Positions 44,801-57,628 of a DNA stretch of 64,000 bases are shown here, one piece after another. Source of the DNA: Eledone cirrhosa. Taxonomy: Eukaryota. The position numbers were made by a program, and so were the translations under genes. The number at the start of each line of letters is the position of its first letter. The first letter of the stretch is position 1. Location: NCBI GenBank assembly GCA_964016885.1, contig OZ024746.1, positions 49,662,001 to 49,726,000 of the forward strand, written 5' to 3'. The notes below the pieces were generated by a model that saw only the letters and a program-made list of their open reading frames with translations, made no database searches and had not been told where the DNA came from.

Positions 44801-47800
44801 ATACAAAACGGGGCATCCAAATAAAAAACGTGGCACCGAAATAAAAAAAACGGGGCCCCCAAATAAAAAACGGGCAACCAAATAAAAAACGGGGCATGCA
44901 AATAAAAAACGCCCCCCCTCCATAAAAAACTTGCACTCAAATAAAAAACGGGGCACCCAAATAAAATAACGGGGCAAGCAAATAAAACACTGGGCATCCA
45001 AATAAATAACGGGCTCCCTCCCATAAAAAACTGGCACACAAATAAGATACGGACCCCCCCATACAAAAGGGCACACACATAAAAAACGGAACTCCCCCCA
45101 TTAAAAAAGGGCAACCGAATAAAAATCAGATCCACCCCCATATAAAAACGGGCACCCAAATAAAAAAACGGGGCAGCCAAATAAAACACGGGGCACCCAA
45201 ATATAAAAACGAGGCACCCAAATAAAAAACGGACTTCCCCCATAAAAAAACGGGCACCCAAATAGAAAATGGGGCACCCAAATAAAAAACGGGGCAGCCA
45301 AATATAAGACGGGCACACAAATAAAAAATGTGGCACCAAAATAAAAAAAATGGACCCCACCCCATAAGATACGGGCACCCCCCAAAAATACGGGCACCCA
45401 AATAAAGAACGCGGCACCCAAATAAAAAACGGAACCCCCTCCCATAAAAAACGGTCACCCAAATAAAAAAAGGGGTACCCATATAAAAAACGGACCCGCC
45501 TCCCATAAAAAAACGAGCACCCAAATAAAAGACGGGACACCCAAATAAAAAAAGGGGCACCCAAATAAAAAACTGACGCCCCCCCCATAAAAAACGGCAC
45601 CTAAATACCCCCCCCCCCCCTAAAAAACGAACACCCAAATAAAAAACGGCGCACCCAAATAAAAAACGGGGCACCCAAATAAAAAACAGAGGTACCCAAA
45701 TAAAAAATGCACCCCCCTATAAAAACGGGCAATAATATAATATAATAATATAATATACTTGTTTCTACTTTAGGCTCAAGGCCAGCAATTAACCAGTGCA
45801 TTACTGGTACTTCATTTTATCGACAACGTAAGGATGAAAAGCAACATCAACCTCGGCGGTATTTGAAATCAGCTCGTTAAGGGACGTAACTATGCTGGAA
45901 AGCATGGCGTCCGACCATCTACCGATACTGCCAATCTACCGCCCTATGTTATAATATAATATAATATAATATAATATAATATAATATAATATAATATAAT
46001 ATAATATAATATAATATAATATAATATAATATAATATCATATAATATAATATAAAGTACCAGTAATGCACTGGGTATTTGCTGGCCTTGTGCCTAAAGTA
46101 GAAACAATTATATCATAATATAATATAATATAATATTATATTATATTATGTTATATTGGTGGATTGGCAGTATCGGTAGAGGGTCGGACGCCATGCTTTC
46201 CAGCATAGTTACGTCCCTTGACGATCTGAGTTCAAATCCCGCCGAGGTTGACTTTGCCTTTCATCCTTACGGGGCCGATAAAATAAAGTACCAGTAATGC
46301 ACCGGTTAATTGCTGGCCTTGTGCCTAAAGTAGAAACAATTATATTATATTATATTATATTATATTATATTATATTATAATATTATTGGATTGGCAGTAT
46401 CGGTAGAGCGTCGGACGCAATATTTTCCAGCATAGTTACGTCCCTTTACGATCTGAGTTCAAATACTGTCGAGGTTGACTTTGCCTTTCATCCTTACGGG
46501 GTCAATAAAATAAAGTACCAATAATACACTAGGTAATTCCAGGCCTTGGCCCTAACGTAGAAACAATTATATTATAATATAATATTATATTATATTAAAT
46601 TGTAATATATTATATTATAATATAATATAATATAAACGGACCCCCCCCCCCCCATAAAAACGGCACCCAAATAAAAAACGGGGCACACAAATAAAAAAAC
46701 GGGGCACTCAAATAAAAAACGGGTCACCCATATGAAAAACCGGGACGCAAATAAAAAACGGGGCTCACAAATAAAAAACGGCACCCAAATAGAGAACGGG
46801 GCACCTAATTAAAAAACGGGGTACCCAAATAAAGAGCGGGACACCCAAATAGAAAACAGACACCCCCCTCCCCAATGTAAAACGGGCACCCAAATAAAAA
46901 AATGGGGCACCAAAATAAAAAACGGGGCACCCAACTAAAAAACGGACCCACCCCCTTATAAACCGGGCCGCCAAAATATAATGTATTATATTATATTATA
47001 TTATATTATAATATAATGTATTATATTATATTATGTTATATTATAATATAATGTATTATATGATATTATATAATATAATATAATATAAATGTTTATACGT
47101 TAGGCACAAGGCCAGCAATTACCCAGTGCATTTCTGGTATATTATATTATATTATATTATATTATATTATATTATATTATATTATATTATATTATATTAT
47201 ATTATATTATAATATATTATAATATAATATTATATTATAATATAGTATAATCTAATATAATATAATATAACATTATATTATATTATTTGGCACTATCGGT
47301 AGAGAGTCGGACACCATGCTTTGAAGCATAGAGTTACGTCCCTTTATGATCTGAGTTCAAATCCCGCAGAGGTTTACTTTACCTTTCATCATTACGGGGT
47401 CGGTAAAATAAAGTACCAATAATATACAGGGTAATTGCTGGCCTTGTGCCTGAAATAGAAACAATTCTATTATATTACATTATATTATAATATAATATAA
47501 TATAATTGTTTCTACTTTTTGGCACAAGGCCAGCAATAAACAGTGCATTACTGGTACTGTATGTTATCGACGCCGTAAGGTTGAAAGGCAAATTCAACCT
47601 TGGCGGGATTTGAACTCAGATCGTAAAGGGACGTAACTATGCTGGAAAGCATGGCGTCCGACCCTCTACCGATACTGCCAACCCACCGCTCTTATATAAT
47701 ATTATATTATATTATATTATAGGGCGGTGAATTGCCAGTATCGGTGGAGGGTTGGACGACATGTTTCTAGCATAGTTACGTCCCTTTACAGTCTGAGTTC

Positions 47801-50800
47801 AAATGCCGCCGAGGTTAACTTTGCCTTTCATCCTTACGTGGTCGATAAAATAAAGTATCAGTAATGTACTGGGTAATTGCTGGCCTTGTGCCTAAAGTAG
47901 AAACAATTATATAATATAATATAGTATATTATAATATTATATTATATTATTTTATAATGTAATATAATATAATATAATATTATATTATAATATAATTGTT
48001 TCTACTTTAGGCACAAGGCCAGCAATTACCCAGTGCATTACTGGTACTTTATTTTATCGACCCCGTAAGGATGAACGGCAAAGTCAACCTCGGCGGGATT
48101 TGAACTCAGATCGTAAAGGGACGTAACTATGCTGGAAAGCATGGCGTCCGACCCTCTACCGATACTGCATTATATTATAATATAATATAATATAATTATG
48201 TAATATATTATATTATATTATATTATATTATATTATATTATATTATATTATATTATATTATATTATATTATATTATATTATATTATATTATAATATAATA
48301 TAATATAATATAACATAATATAATATTATATTATATCATAATATAATATTATATTATATTTTAATATATTATATTGTAATATAATTGTTTGTACTTTAGG
48401 CACAAGGCCAGCAATTACCCAGTGCATTACTGGTACTTTATTCTATCGGCCCCGAAAGGATGAAAGGGAAAGTCCACCTCGGCGGGATTTGAACTCAGAT
48501 CGAAAAGGTACGTAACTATGCTGGAAAGCATGTAATATAATATGATATAAACGGACCCCTCACCATAAGAAACGAGACACCCAAATGAAAAAACGGGGCA
48601 CCCAAATAAAAGACGGGGCTCCAAAAAAAAAGCGGGGCACCCAAATAAAAAAACGGGGTACCCTAATAAATAAACCGGGCACCCAAATAAAAAACGGGAC
48701 ACCCAAATAAAAAACGCATCGCCCGTAAAAAGACGGGCACCCAAATAAAAAAACGGGGCACTCAAATAAAAGAACGGGGCACGAAAATAAAAAACGGGCA
48801 CACAAATTGAAATGACCCCCAAATTGATATTACATTATATTATATTAATATAATTAAGGGCGGTAGATTGGCAGTATCGGTAGAGAGTCGGACGCCATGC
48901 TTTCCAGCATAGTTACGTCCCTTTACGATCTGAGTTCAAATCCCGCCGAGGTTGACTTTGCCTTTCATCATTACGGGGTCGATAAAATAAAGTACCAGTA
49001 ATGCACTGGGTAATTGCTGGCCTGGTGCCTAAAGTAGAAACAATGATAATATTATATTATATTATATTGTAATATATTATATTATAATATTGTTATATTA
49101 TATTGTAATATATTATATTATAATATAATATAATATAATTGTTTCTACGTTAGGCACAAGGCCAGCAATTACCCAGTGCATTACTGGTACTTTATTTTAT
49201 CGACCCCGTAAGGATGAAAGGCAAAGTTAACCTCGCCGGGATTTGAACTCGGAATGGCAAGGGCCGTAACTCTATACGTCAAAGCATGGCGTCCGACCCT
49301 CTAACGATACTGCCAATCCAGCGCCTATATTATATTATATTATATTATATTATATTATATTATATTATATTATATTATATTATATTATATTATATTATAT
49401 TATATTATATTATGGATTGGCAGTATCGGTAGAGGGTCGGACCTCATGCTTTGACGCATAGAGTTACGGCCCTTGCCAATCTGAGTTCAAATCCCGCCGA
49501 GGTTAACTTTGCCTTTCATCCTTACGGCGTCGATAAAATAAAGTACCAGTAATACACTGGTTAATTGCTGGACTTGTGCCTAACGTAGAAATAATTATAA
49601 TATAATATTAAATTATATTATATTGTAATATATTATATTATAATATTATGTCATATTATATTGTAATATATTATATTATAATATAATATAATATAAACGG
49701 ACCCCTCCCGAAGAAAAACGGGGCACCCAAATAAAAAACGCATCGCCCATAATATATTATAATACCATATAATAATATATTATATTATAATATAATATAA
49801 TATTATATTATATTATATTATATTATAATATAATATAATATAATATAATATCATATAATATTATCTTATATTATATTATAATATAATATTATATATTATA
49901 TTGTAATATATTATATTATAATATTATATTATATTATGGATTGGCAGTATCAGTACAGGGTCGGACGCCATGCTTTCCAGCATAGTTACGCAGAAGTTGA
50001 CTTTGCCTTTCATCCTTACGGGGTCCATAAAATAAAGTACCAGTAATGCACAGGTTAATTGCTGGCCTTGTGAAAGTAGAAACAATTAAAGTAGAAACAA
50101 TAATATTATATTATAATACCATATAATAATATATTATATTATAATATAATATATTGTATTATAATATCATATAATATAATATAATATCATATTATATTAT
50201 AATATAATATTATATAGTAATGCACTGGGTAATTGCTGGCCTTGTGCCTAAAGTAGAAACAATTATATTATATTATATTGTAATATATTATATTATAATA
50301 TAATATAATATAAACGGACCCCTCCCCATAAAAAACGGGGCACCCAAATAAAAAACGGACCGCCAACCATAAAAAAACGGACCCCCCATAAAAAACGGGC
50401 ACCCATAACAAATTAAAAAACGGGGCACCCATATAAAAAAACGGGGCACCTAAAGGCACCTAAATAAAAAAACCGGGCACCCAAATAAAAAACCGGGCAA
50501 CCAAAAGAAAAACGGTTCCCCCCATAAAAAGACGGGCACCCAAATAAAAAACGGGGCACCCAAATAAAAAACGGGGCACCCAAATAAAAAAAACTGGGCA
50601 CCCAAATAAAAAACGCCCCCACCCCAATAAAAAACGGGCACCCAAATAAACAACAGACCCTCGCCCATAAAAAACCGGCACCCAAATAAAAAACGTGGTA
50701 CCCAAATAAAAAAACGGGGCACCCAAATAAAAAACGCCCCCCACCAATAAAAAACGGGCACCCAAATAAACAACAGGCCCTCGCCCATAAAAAACGGGCA

Positions 50801-51518
50801 CCCAAATTAAAAACGGGGCACCCAAATAAAAAATGCATCGCCCAAATAAAAAAAGGCGTACCTATCCAAAAAAAAGGGGCACCCAAATAAAAAACGAGGC
50901 GCACAAATAAAAAAACGCGGCACCCAAATGAAAAATAGGGTACCCAAATAAAAAAACGGGGCACCCAAATAAAAAACGGACCCCCCATAAAAATGCCGGG
51001 AACCCAAATAAAAAACGGACTTCCCCATAAAAAAACGGGCACCAAAATAAAAAAACGGGGCACCCAAATAAAAAACTCCCCCACCCATAAAAAACTGGCA
51101 CCAATATAACGAAAGGGGCACAGAAATAGAGAACGGACCCCCAATAAAAAACGGGCACCCAAATAAAAGAACGGGGCACCCAAATAAAAAACGGGGCACC
51201 CAAATAAAAAACGGACCCCTCCATAAAAAACGAACCCCCCACATAAAAAAACGGGCACCCAAATAAAAAATGGACCCCGCCCCCATAAAAAACGGACCCC
51301 CCCGTTTAATAATATATTATATTATGATATATTATATTATGGCAGTATCGGTAGAGGGTCGGATGCCATGCTTTAAAGTATAGAGTTACCTCCCTGTAAA
51401 ATCTGAGTTCAAATCCCGCCGAGGTTAACTTTGCCTCTCATGCTTCCGGGGTCGATAGAATAAAGTACCTGTAATGCATTGGGTAATTGCTGGCCTTGTG
51501 CCAAATGTAGAAACAATT
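41876..51518. repeat. Mixed zone: more than 20 SINE copies or fragments in both orientations, (ATATT)n, and shorter, more diverged minisatellite arrays (42623-42792, 43623-44192, 44766-45731, 46634-46975, 48549-48822, 49695-49750, 50312-51305)
   Basis: Direct observation. Confidence 0.9.
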
Positions 51519-51614
51519 ATATTTTATTATATTATAATATGATATAATATAATATTATATTACATTATATTATATTATAATATAATATAATATAATATAT
51601 AATAATATATTATA

Positions 51615-52815
51615 CTAGCAGTAAAGCCCGGCGTTGCTCGGGGTCGCTCAGTAGCTGTGTTAAAGTTACAATGTTAAGTTTCTTTTTTGGCTTAAAAACT
51701 GTAGTGTCTACTGTGCAGACTTGCATGTGGTGTTTTTGATTAATATTCCCTCAACCAACAATATGCCTTATGAAGTTAAGAAAACATAACGATAACCCGA
51801 ATGTTATAACAAAAGAGGATGCTGGGGAAAAAAACTGCACTGGTTATTTATTAACAAAGATCGAAAATGTAAACACTGCAACGCAGAGAAAAAACATTAG
51901 CGTAAACAAAATATCAGTTATGTCTGTCTGCACGCCTATATCACCTCTCTGCACGACTGTCTGTCTGCACGCGTATATCACCTCTCTGCACGACTGTCTG
52001 TCTGCAAGCGTATATCACCTCTCTGCACGACTGTCTGTCTGCACGACTGTCTGTCTGCACGCCTAACGAAATTTACAGATACATATATTTTAAATAAACT
52101 TATATAATTTTTGCTCTTTTTTTTACGAAATATTTGCTTGTTTTACGTAGTCTTTAAATAGACTTGTTTTCAAGTAAAAATATTGTTTTAAAAGGCTTTT
52201 AAATGGAAATGAAGCAAAACGGAAGCTTAGTGTTCGAACTGATGAATTTTGCAGGTCAAAATTTTGCTGGCTCGACAACTGTTCGTGTATTGTGTTAATG
52301 TCATTTTAAACGCTGAGAAAGCCAGCGTAATTTTTTTAATTTTTGCACGCAGTAAGACGCTCAATGTAAACAGAACAAAGGGAAATAACTCGTCACTTAC
52401 GCTCAAAAATCGATACATTAGATTCGATTTCGTCACATAGGGTGGGTCAATTTGAAATATTTTTTTCCGATGTCTTCGCTAGGGCTCAATGTACAAGTAT
52501 AGCAATTTCGGTGCAATTCCCTCAGAGATTCTAAGAGGAGATGTGTGCCAAAAATCGATAGACAGACAGACAACCACAGCTTTATATATATAGAAGAAAG
52601 GGAAATAACTCGTCACTTACGCTCAAAAATCGATATATTAGATTCGATTTCGTCACATAGGGTGGGTCAATTTGAAATATTTTATTTCCGATGTTTTCGC
52701 TAGGGCTCAATGTACAAGTATAGCAATTTCGGTGCAATTCCGTCAGAGATTCTAAGAGAAGATGTGTGCCAAAAATCGATAGACAGACAGACAACCACAG
52801 CTTTATATATATAGA
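51615..52815 (-). mobile_element. Non-autonomous Helitron, 1201 bp
   Basis: On the minus strand: A|TCTATATATATAAAGC 5' end, (GTCT)n, subterminal hairpin CCCGAGCAACGCCGGG 8 nt before CTAG|T, no TSD, no coding capacity. Confidence 0.85.
51921..52064. repeat. 37-bp tandem repeat x3 plus partial units (TGTCTGTCTGCACGCCTATATCACCTCTCTGCACGAC) inside the left Helitron
   Basis: Direct observation; largely absent from the right copy. Confidence 0.9.
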
Positions 52816-52843
52816 TTATAATATATTATAATATATTATATTA

Positions 52844-53706
52844 TCTATATATATAAAGCTGTGGTTGTCTGTCTGTCTATCGATTTTTGGCACACATCTC
52901 CTCTTAGAATCTCCGACGGAATTGCACCGAAATTGCTATACTTGTACATTGAGCCCTAGCGAAGACATCGGAAAAAAATATTTCAAATTGACCCATCCTA
53001 TGTGACGAAATCGAATCTAATGTATCGATTTTTGAGCGTAAGTGACGAGTTATTTCCATTTCTTCTATATATATAAAGCTGTGGTTGTCTGTCTGTCTAT
53101 CGATTTTTGGCACACATCTCCTCTTAGAATCTCTGACGGAATTGCACCGAAATTGCTATACTTGTACATTGAGCCCTAGCGAAGACATCGGAAAAAAATA
53201 TTTCAAATTGACCCACCCTATGTGACGAAATCGAATCTTATGTATCGATTTTTGAGCGTAAGTGACGAGTTATTTCCCTTTGTTCTGTTTACATTGAGCG
53301 TCTTACTGCGTGCAAAAATTAAAAGAATTACGCTGACTTGCTCAGCGTTTAAAATGACATTAACACAATACACGAACAGTTGTCGAGCCAGCAAAATTTT
53401 GACCTGCAAAATTCAACAGTTCGAACACTGAGCTTCCGTTTTGCTTCATTTCCATTTAAAAGCGTTTAAAGAAAAAAAATTTTACTTGAAAACAAGTCTA
53501 TTTAAAGACTACGTAAAACAAGCAAATATTTCGTAAAAAAAAGCAAAAATTATATAAATTTATTTAAAATATATGTATCTGTAAATTTCGTTAGGCATGC
53601 AGACAGATAGTCGTGCAGACAGACTTTAAGCCAAAAAAGAAACTTAACATTGTAACTTTAACACAGCTACTGAGCGACCCCGAGCAACGCCGGGCTTTAC
53701 TGCTAG
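52844..53706 (+). mobile_element. Non-autonomous Helitron, 863 bp; inverted sister of 51615-52815 lacking ~340 bp
   Basis: A|TC start at 52844, hairpin at 53679-53694, CTAG|T end at 53703-53706. Confidence 0.85.
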
Positions 53707-53804
53707 TATTATAATATAATATACTACAATATAATATTATATTATAATATAATATAATATTATATTATAATAATATAATATAATATTATATTATATTATA
53801 ATAT

Positions 53805-56560
53805 AATTGTTTCTACTTTAGGCACAAGGCCAGTAATTAACCAGTGCATTACTGGTACTATATTTTATCAACCCCGTAAGGATGAAAGGCAAAGTCAAAC
53901 TCGGCGCGATTTAAACTCAGATCGTAAAGGGACGTAACTATGCTGGAAAGCATGGCGTCCGACCCGCTACCGATATTGCCAATATTATATTGTAATATAT
54001 TATATTATAATATAATTGTTTCTACTTTTGGTACAAGACGAGCAATTAGCTAGTGTATTACTGGTACTTTATTTTATCGACCCCGTAAGGATAAAAGGCA
54101 AAGTTAACCTCGGCGGGATTTGAATTCAGACCGTAAAGGGACGTAACTATGCTGGAAAGCAATATAATACTATTAGGTTGACTTTGCCTTTCATCCTTAC
54201 GGGGTCGATAAAATAAAGTACCAGTAATGCACTGGGTATTTGTTGGCCTTGTGCCATAAGTAGAAACAATTATTCAGGAGCGGTCAATTGCCAGTATCGG
54301 TGGAGTGTCGGAGGCACTGATTTGACGCAGAGAGTTACGGCCCTTGCCAATCTGAGTTCAAATCCCGCCGAGGTTAACTTTGCCTTTCATCCTTACGGGG
54401 TCAATAAAATAAAGTACCAGTATATGTACTGGTTAATTGCTGGCCTTGTGCCAACAGGAGAAACAATTATATTATAATATAATATAATATATTATATTAT
54501 ATTATATTATATTAAATTATAATATAATATAATATTATATGATATTACATTATATTATTATATTATATTATATTGTATTATATTATAATATATATTACAA
54601 TATAATATACTATTATTTTATATTGTAATATAATATATTATAATATATTATAATATATTATAATATAATATAATATAAAATAATATTATATTATATTATA
54701 ATATATTATAATATAATATATTACAATATAGTATAATATAATATTATATTATAATATATTATATTATAATATAATATATTACAATATAATATAATAGTAT
54801 ATTATATTATATTATAATATAATATAACATAATATTATATTATATTATATTATAATATAATAATAATATTATATTATATTATAATATAATATAATATAAT
54901 ATAATATAATATAATTGTTTCTATTTTAGGCACAAGGCCAGCAAATACCCTGTACATTACTGGTACTTCATTTTATCGACCCCGTAAGGATGAAAGGCAA
55001 AGTCAACCTAATAATATAATATAATATAATATTATATTATTAGGTTGACTTTGCCTTTCATCCTTACGAGGTCGATAAAATAAGGTACCAGTAATGCACT
55101 GGTTATGTGCTGGCCTTGTGCCTTAAGTAGAAACAATTATATTATATTATATTATATTATATTATATTATATTATAATATAATATAATATAGTATTATGT
55201 TATATTATATTATATTATATTATATTATATTATATTATATTATATTATATTATATTATATTATATTATATTATATTATATTATATTATATTATATTATAT
55301 TATATTATATTATATTATATTATATTATATTATATTATAAGGGCGGTGGAGTGGCAAGATCGGTAGAGGGTAGGACTTTATTTTATCGATCCCGTAAGGA
55401 TGAAAGGCAAAGTTAACCTCAATATAATATAACATAATATTATATTATATTATATTATATTATAATATAATATTATATTGTATTATATTATAATATAATA
55501 TAATAAAATATAATTGTTTCTATTTTAGGCACAAGGCCAGCAAATTACCCTGTACATTACTGGTACTTTATTATATCGACCCCGTAAGGATGAAAGACAG
55601 AGTTAACCTCGGCGGGATTTGAACTCAGATCATAAAGGTACGTAACTCTATGCTGCAAAGCATGGTCTCTGACTCTCTACAGATACTGCCAAATAATCCA
55701 GGTGGATTGGCAGTATCAGTAGAGGGTCGGACGCCATGCTTTCCAGCATAGTTACGTCCCATTACGATCTGAGTTCAAATCCCGCCGAGGTTGACTTTGC
55801 CTTCCCTCCTTACGGGGTCGATAAAATAAAGTACCAGTAATGCACTGGGTATTTGCTGGCTATGTGCCTAAATTAGAAACAAATATATTATATTATAATA
55901 TAATATAATATAATATAATATAATATTATATTATAATATAATATAATATGATAATATATTATAATATAATATTATATTATAATATAATATTATATTATAA
56001 TATAAGATTACATTATAATATAATATAATATTATATTATATTAAATTATAATATAAATAATATTATATTATATTATAATATATTATATTATAATATAATA
56101 TAATATAATATTATATTATATTATATTATAAAATAAAGTACCAGTAATGTACTGGGTATTTGATGGCCTTGTGCCAAAAGTAGAAACAATTATATTATAT
56201 TATAATATAATTGTTTCTACTCTAGGCACAAGACCAGCAATAACCAGTGAATTACTGGTACTTTATTTTATCGATCCCGTAAGGATGAAAGGCAAACGCA
56301 ACCTCTGCGGGATTTGAACTCAGATCGTAAAGGGACTGCCAATCCACCGCCTTTATAATATAAAATAATATAATATAATATCATATTATATTGTAATATA
56401 TTATATTATAATATAATATAATATAATATAATATAATTTAATATAATATAATAATTGTTTCTACTTTTGGCACAAGGCCAGCAATTATCTCAGTGCATTA
56501 CTGCTACTTTATTTTATCGACCCCGTAAGGATGAAAGGCAAAGTTAACCTAGGCGAGATT
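53805..56560. mobile_element. Cluster of about 12 SINE copies or fragments in degenerate (ATATT)n
   Basis: Matches at ~53805, 54014, 54175, 54280, 54913, 55042, 55339, 55512, 55701, 56130, 56209 and 56453. Confidence 0.88.
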
Positions 56561-57442
56561 TATTATATATAATATAACTACAGACTTTCCTACTTCCTCT
56601 CCTTGATCATACGCCTCATCATTGAAATGTCCCCAGATGTATGTGACAGCACGGAGGACCTCCTCGGCAGAATCGGCGAGAGTAACCGATCTAAGGACGT
56701 AACAAACTGCATAATAGGTAGTATGGATGTTGTGTCCCTGTATCCATCTATTGACATGGATTTTGCTGTTGAGAAATGCGTAGAAATGATCAGTGAGAGC
56801 AATGTTGAATTCCGTGGGATTGATACCAGTGAACTGGGACTCCTACTTAAACTTACCTATAGTAATAATCATCTAGATACATATGGCCTTAGCAACCTGT
56901 GCCCTACAAGACCAGCAAGAGGCAGACCACCTACCATTACGTCAATGGCTAAGAAAACCCACACAGATAGATGGAACGGGTGGACCAGAGCCATATGGAC
57001 CCCCGAAAACCACGATGAACTAAAGAAAATGATTGCACATGCGGTGAGGGCCAGCATAAAATTAACCCTTAAGGAAAATTGGAAAAACATATGCCCAAGA
57101 GGAGGGAGCAGCCATTGGTGTTAGTATTGCAGGCGACATAGCTAACCTATTCATGGTATGGTGGGACAGTAGACTTAAACTTAAACTTAAAGAACAATTA
57201 GAAGACCCCCTAACCCTGATAATGTACTCCCGCTACGTAGATGATATAAACATCGTAGTAAAAACACCACCACTAGAGAACAGTCAGGAATTAGAGAAAA
57301 ACACAATGGAAAGCATCCAGCAAATAGCTAACTCCATCCACCAGAGTATTAGAGTTACTATAGACTACCCAAGCAAACACTCCAACCATCGAATACCTGT
57401 ACTAGACACAGAGCTCTGGTTAGATACCATTAATAACAAAAA

Positions 57443-57628
57443 GCGGTGGATTGGCAGTATCGGTAGAGGGTCGGACGCCATGCTTTCCAGCATAGTTACG
57501 TCCCTTTATGATCTGAGTTCAAATCCCGCCGAGGTTGACTTTGCCTTTCATCCTCACGGGGTCGATAAAATAAAGTACCAGTAATGCACTGGTTAATTGC
57601 TGGCCTTGTGCCTAAAGTAGAAACAATT
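57443..57628 (+). mobile_element. Full-length SINE inserted in the PLE with a target-site duplication
   Basis: ATTAATAACAAAAAGC at 57429-57444 and 57626-57641. Excising the SINE restores ...LDTINNKK-QILHSHY... Confidence 0.95.
57452..57526 (+). promoter_or_regulatory. Pol III internal promoter of the SINE (representative copy): A-box 57452-57463, B-box 57516-57526
   Basis: TGGCAGTATCGG and AGTTCAAATCC resemble tRNA A- and B-box consensus. Confidence 0.75.

Noticed and set aside
1682-51286. Numerous minus-strand ORFs rich in F/G/W/P/C (FFIWVPRFLFGCPVFYLGAP)
   Set aside because: They are translations of the 20-bp satellite. The A-poor strand rarely forms stops, all three frames give the same peptide, and unit-length changes ignore frame.
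1731-51305. CRISPR-like repeat/spacer appearance
   Set aside because: The variable segments are short derivatives of the repeat, not unique fixed-length spacers; there are no cas genes and the context is eukaryotic.
51770-53431. Short mirrored ORFs in the palindrome
   Set aside because: No Rep/helicase or other motifs; they are mirrored only because of the inverted repeat.
51614-53707. Single large TIR/foldback DNA transposon
   Set aside because: Each arm has its own Helitron 5'-TC and 3' hairpin-CTAG in an A|T site; two Helitrons explain it better.
3826-57628. tRNA genes (A/B boxes)
   Set aside because: No proper cloverleaf or anticodon arm; the boxes belong to SINE heads.
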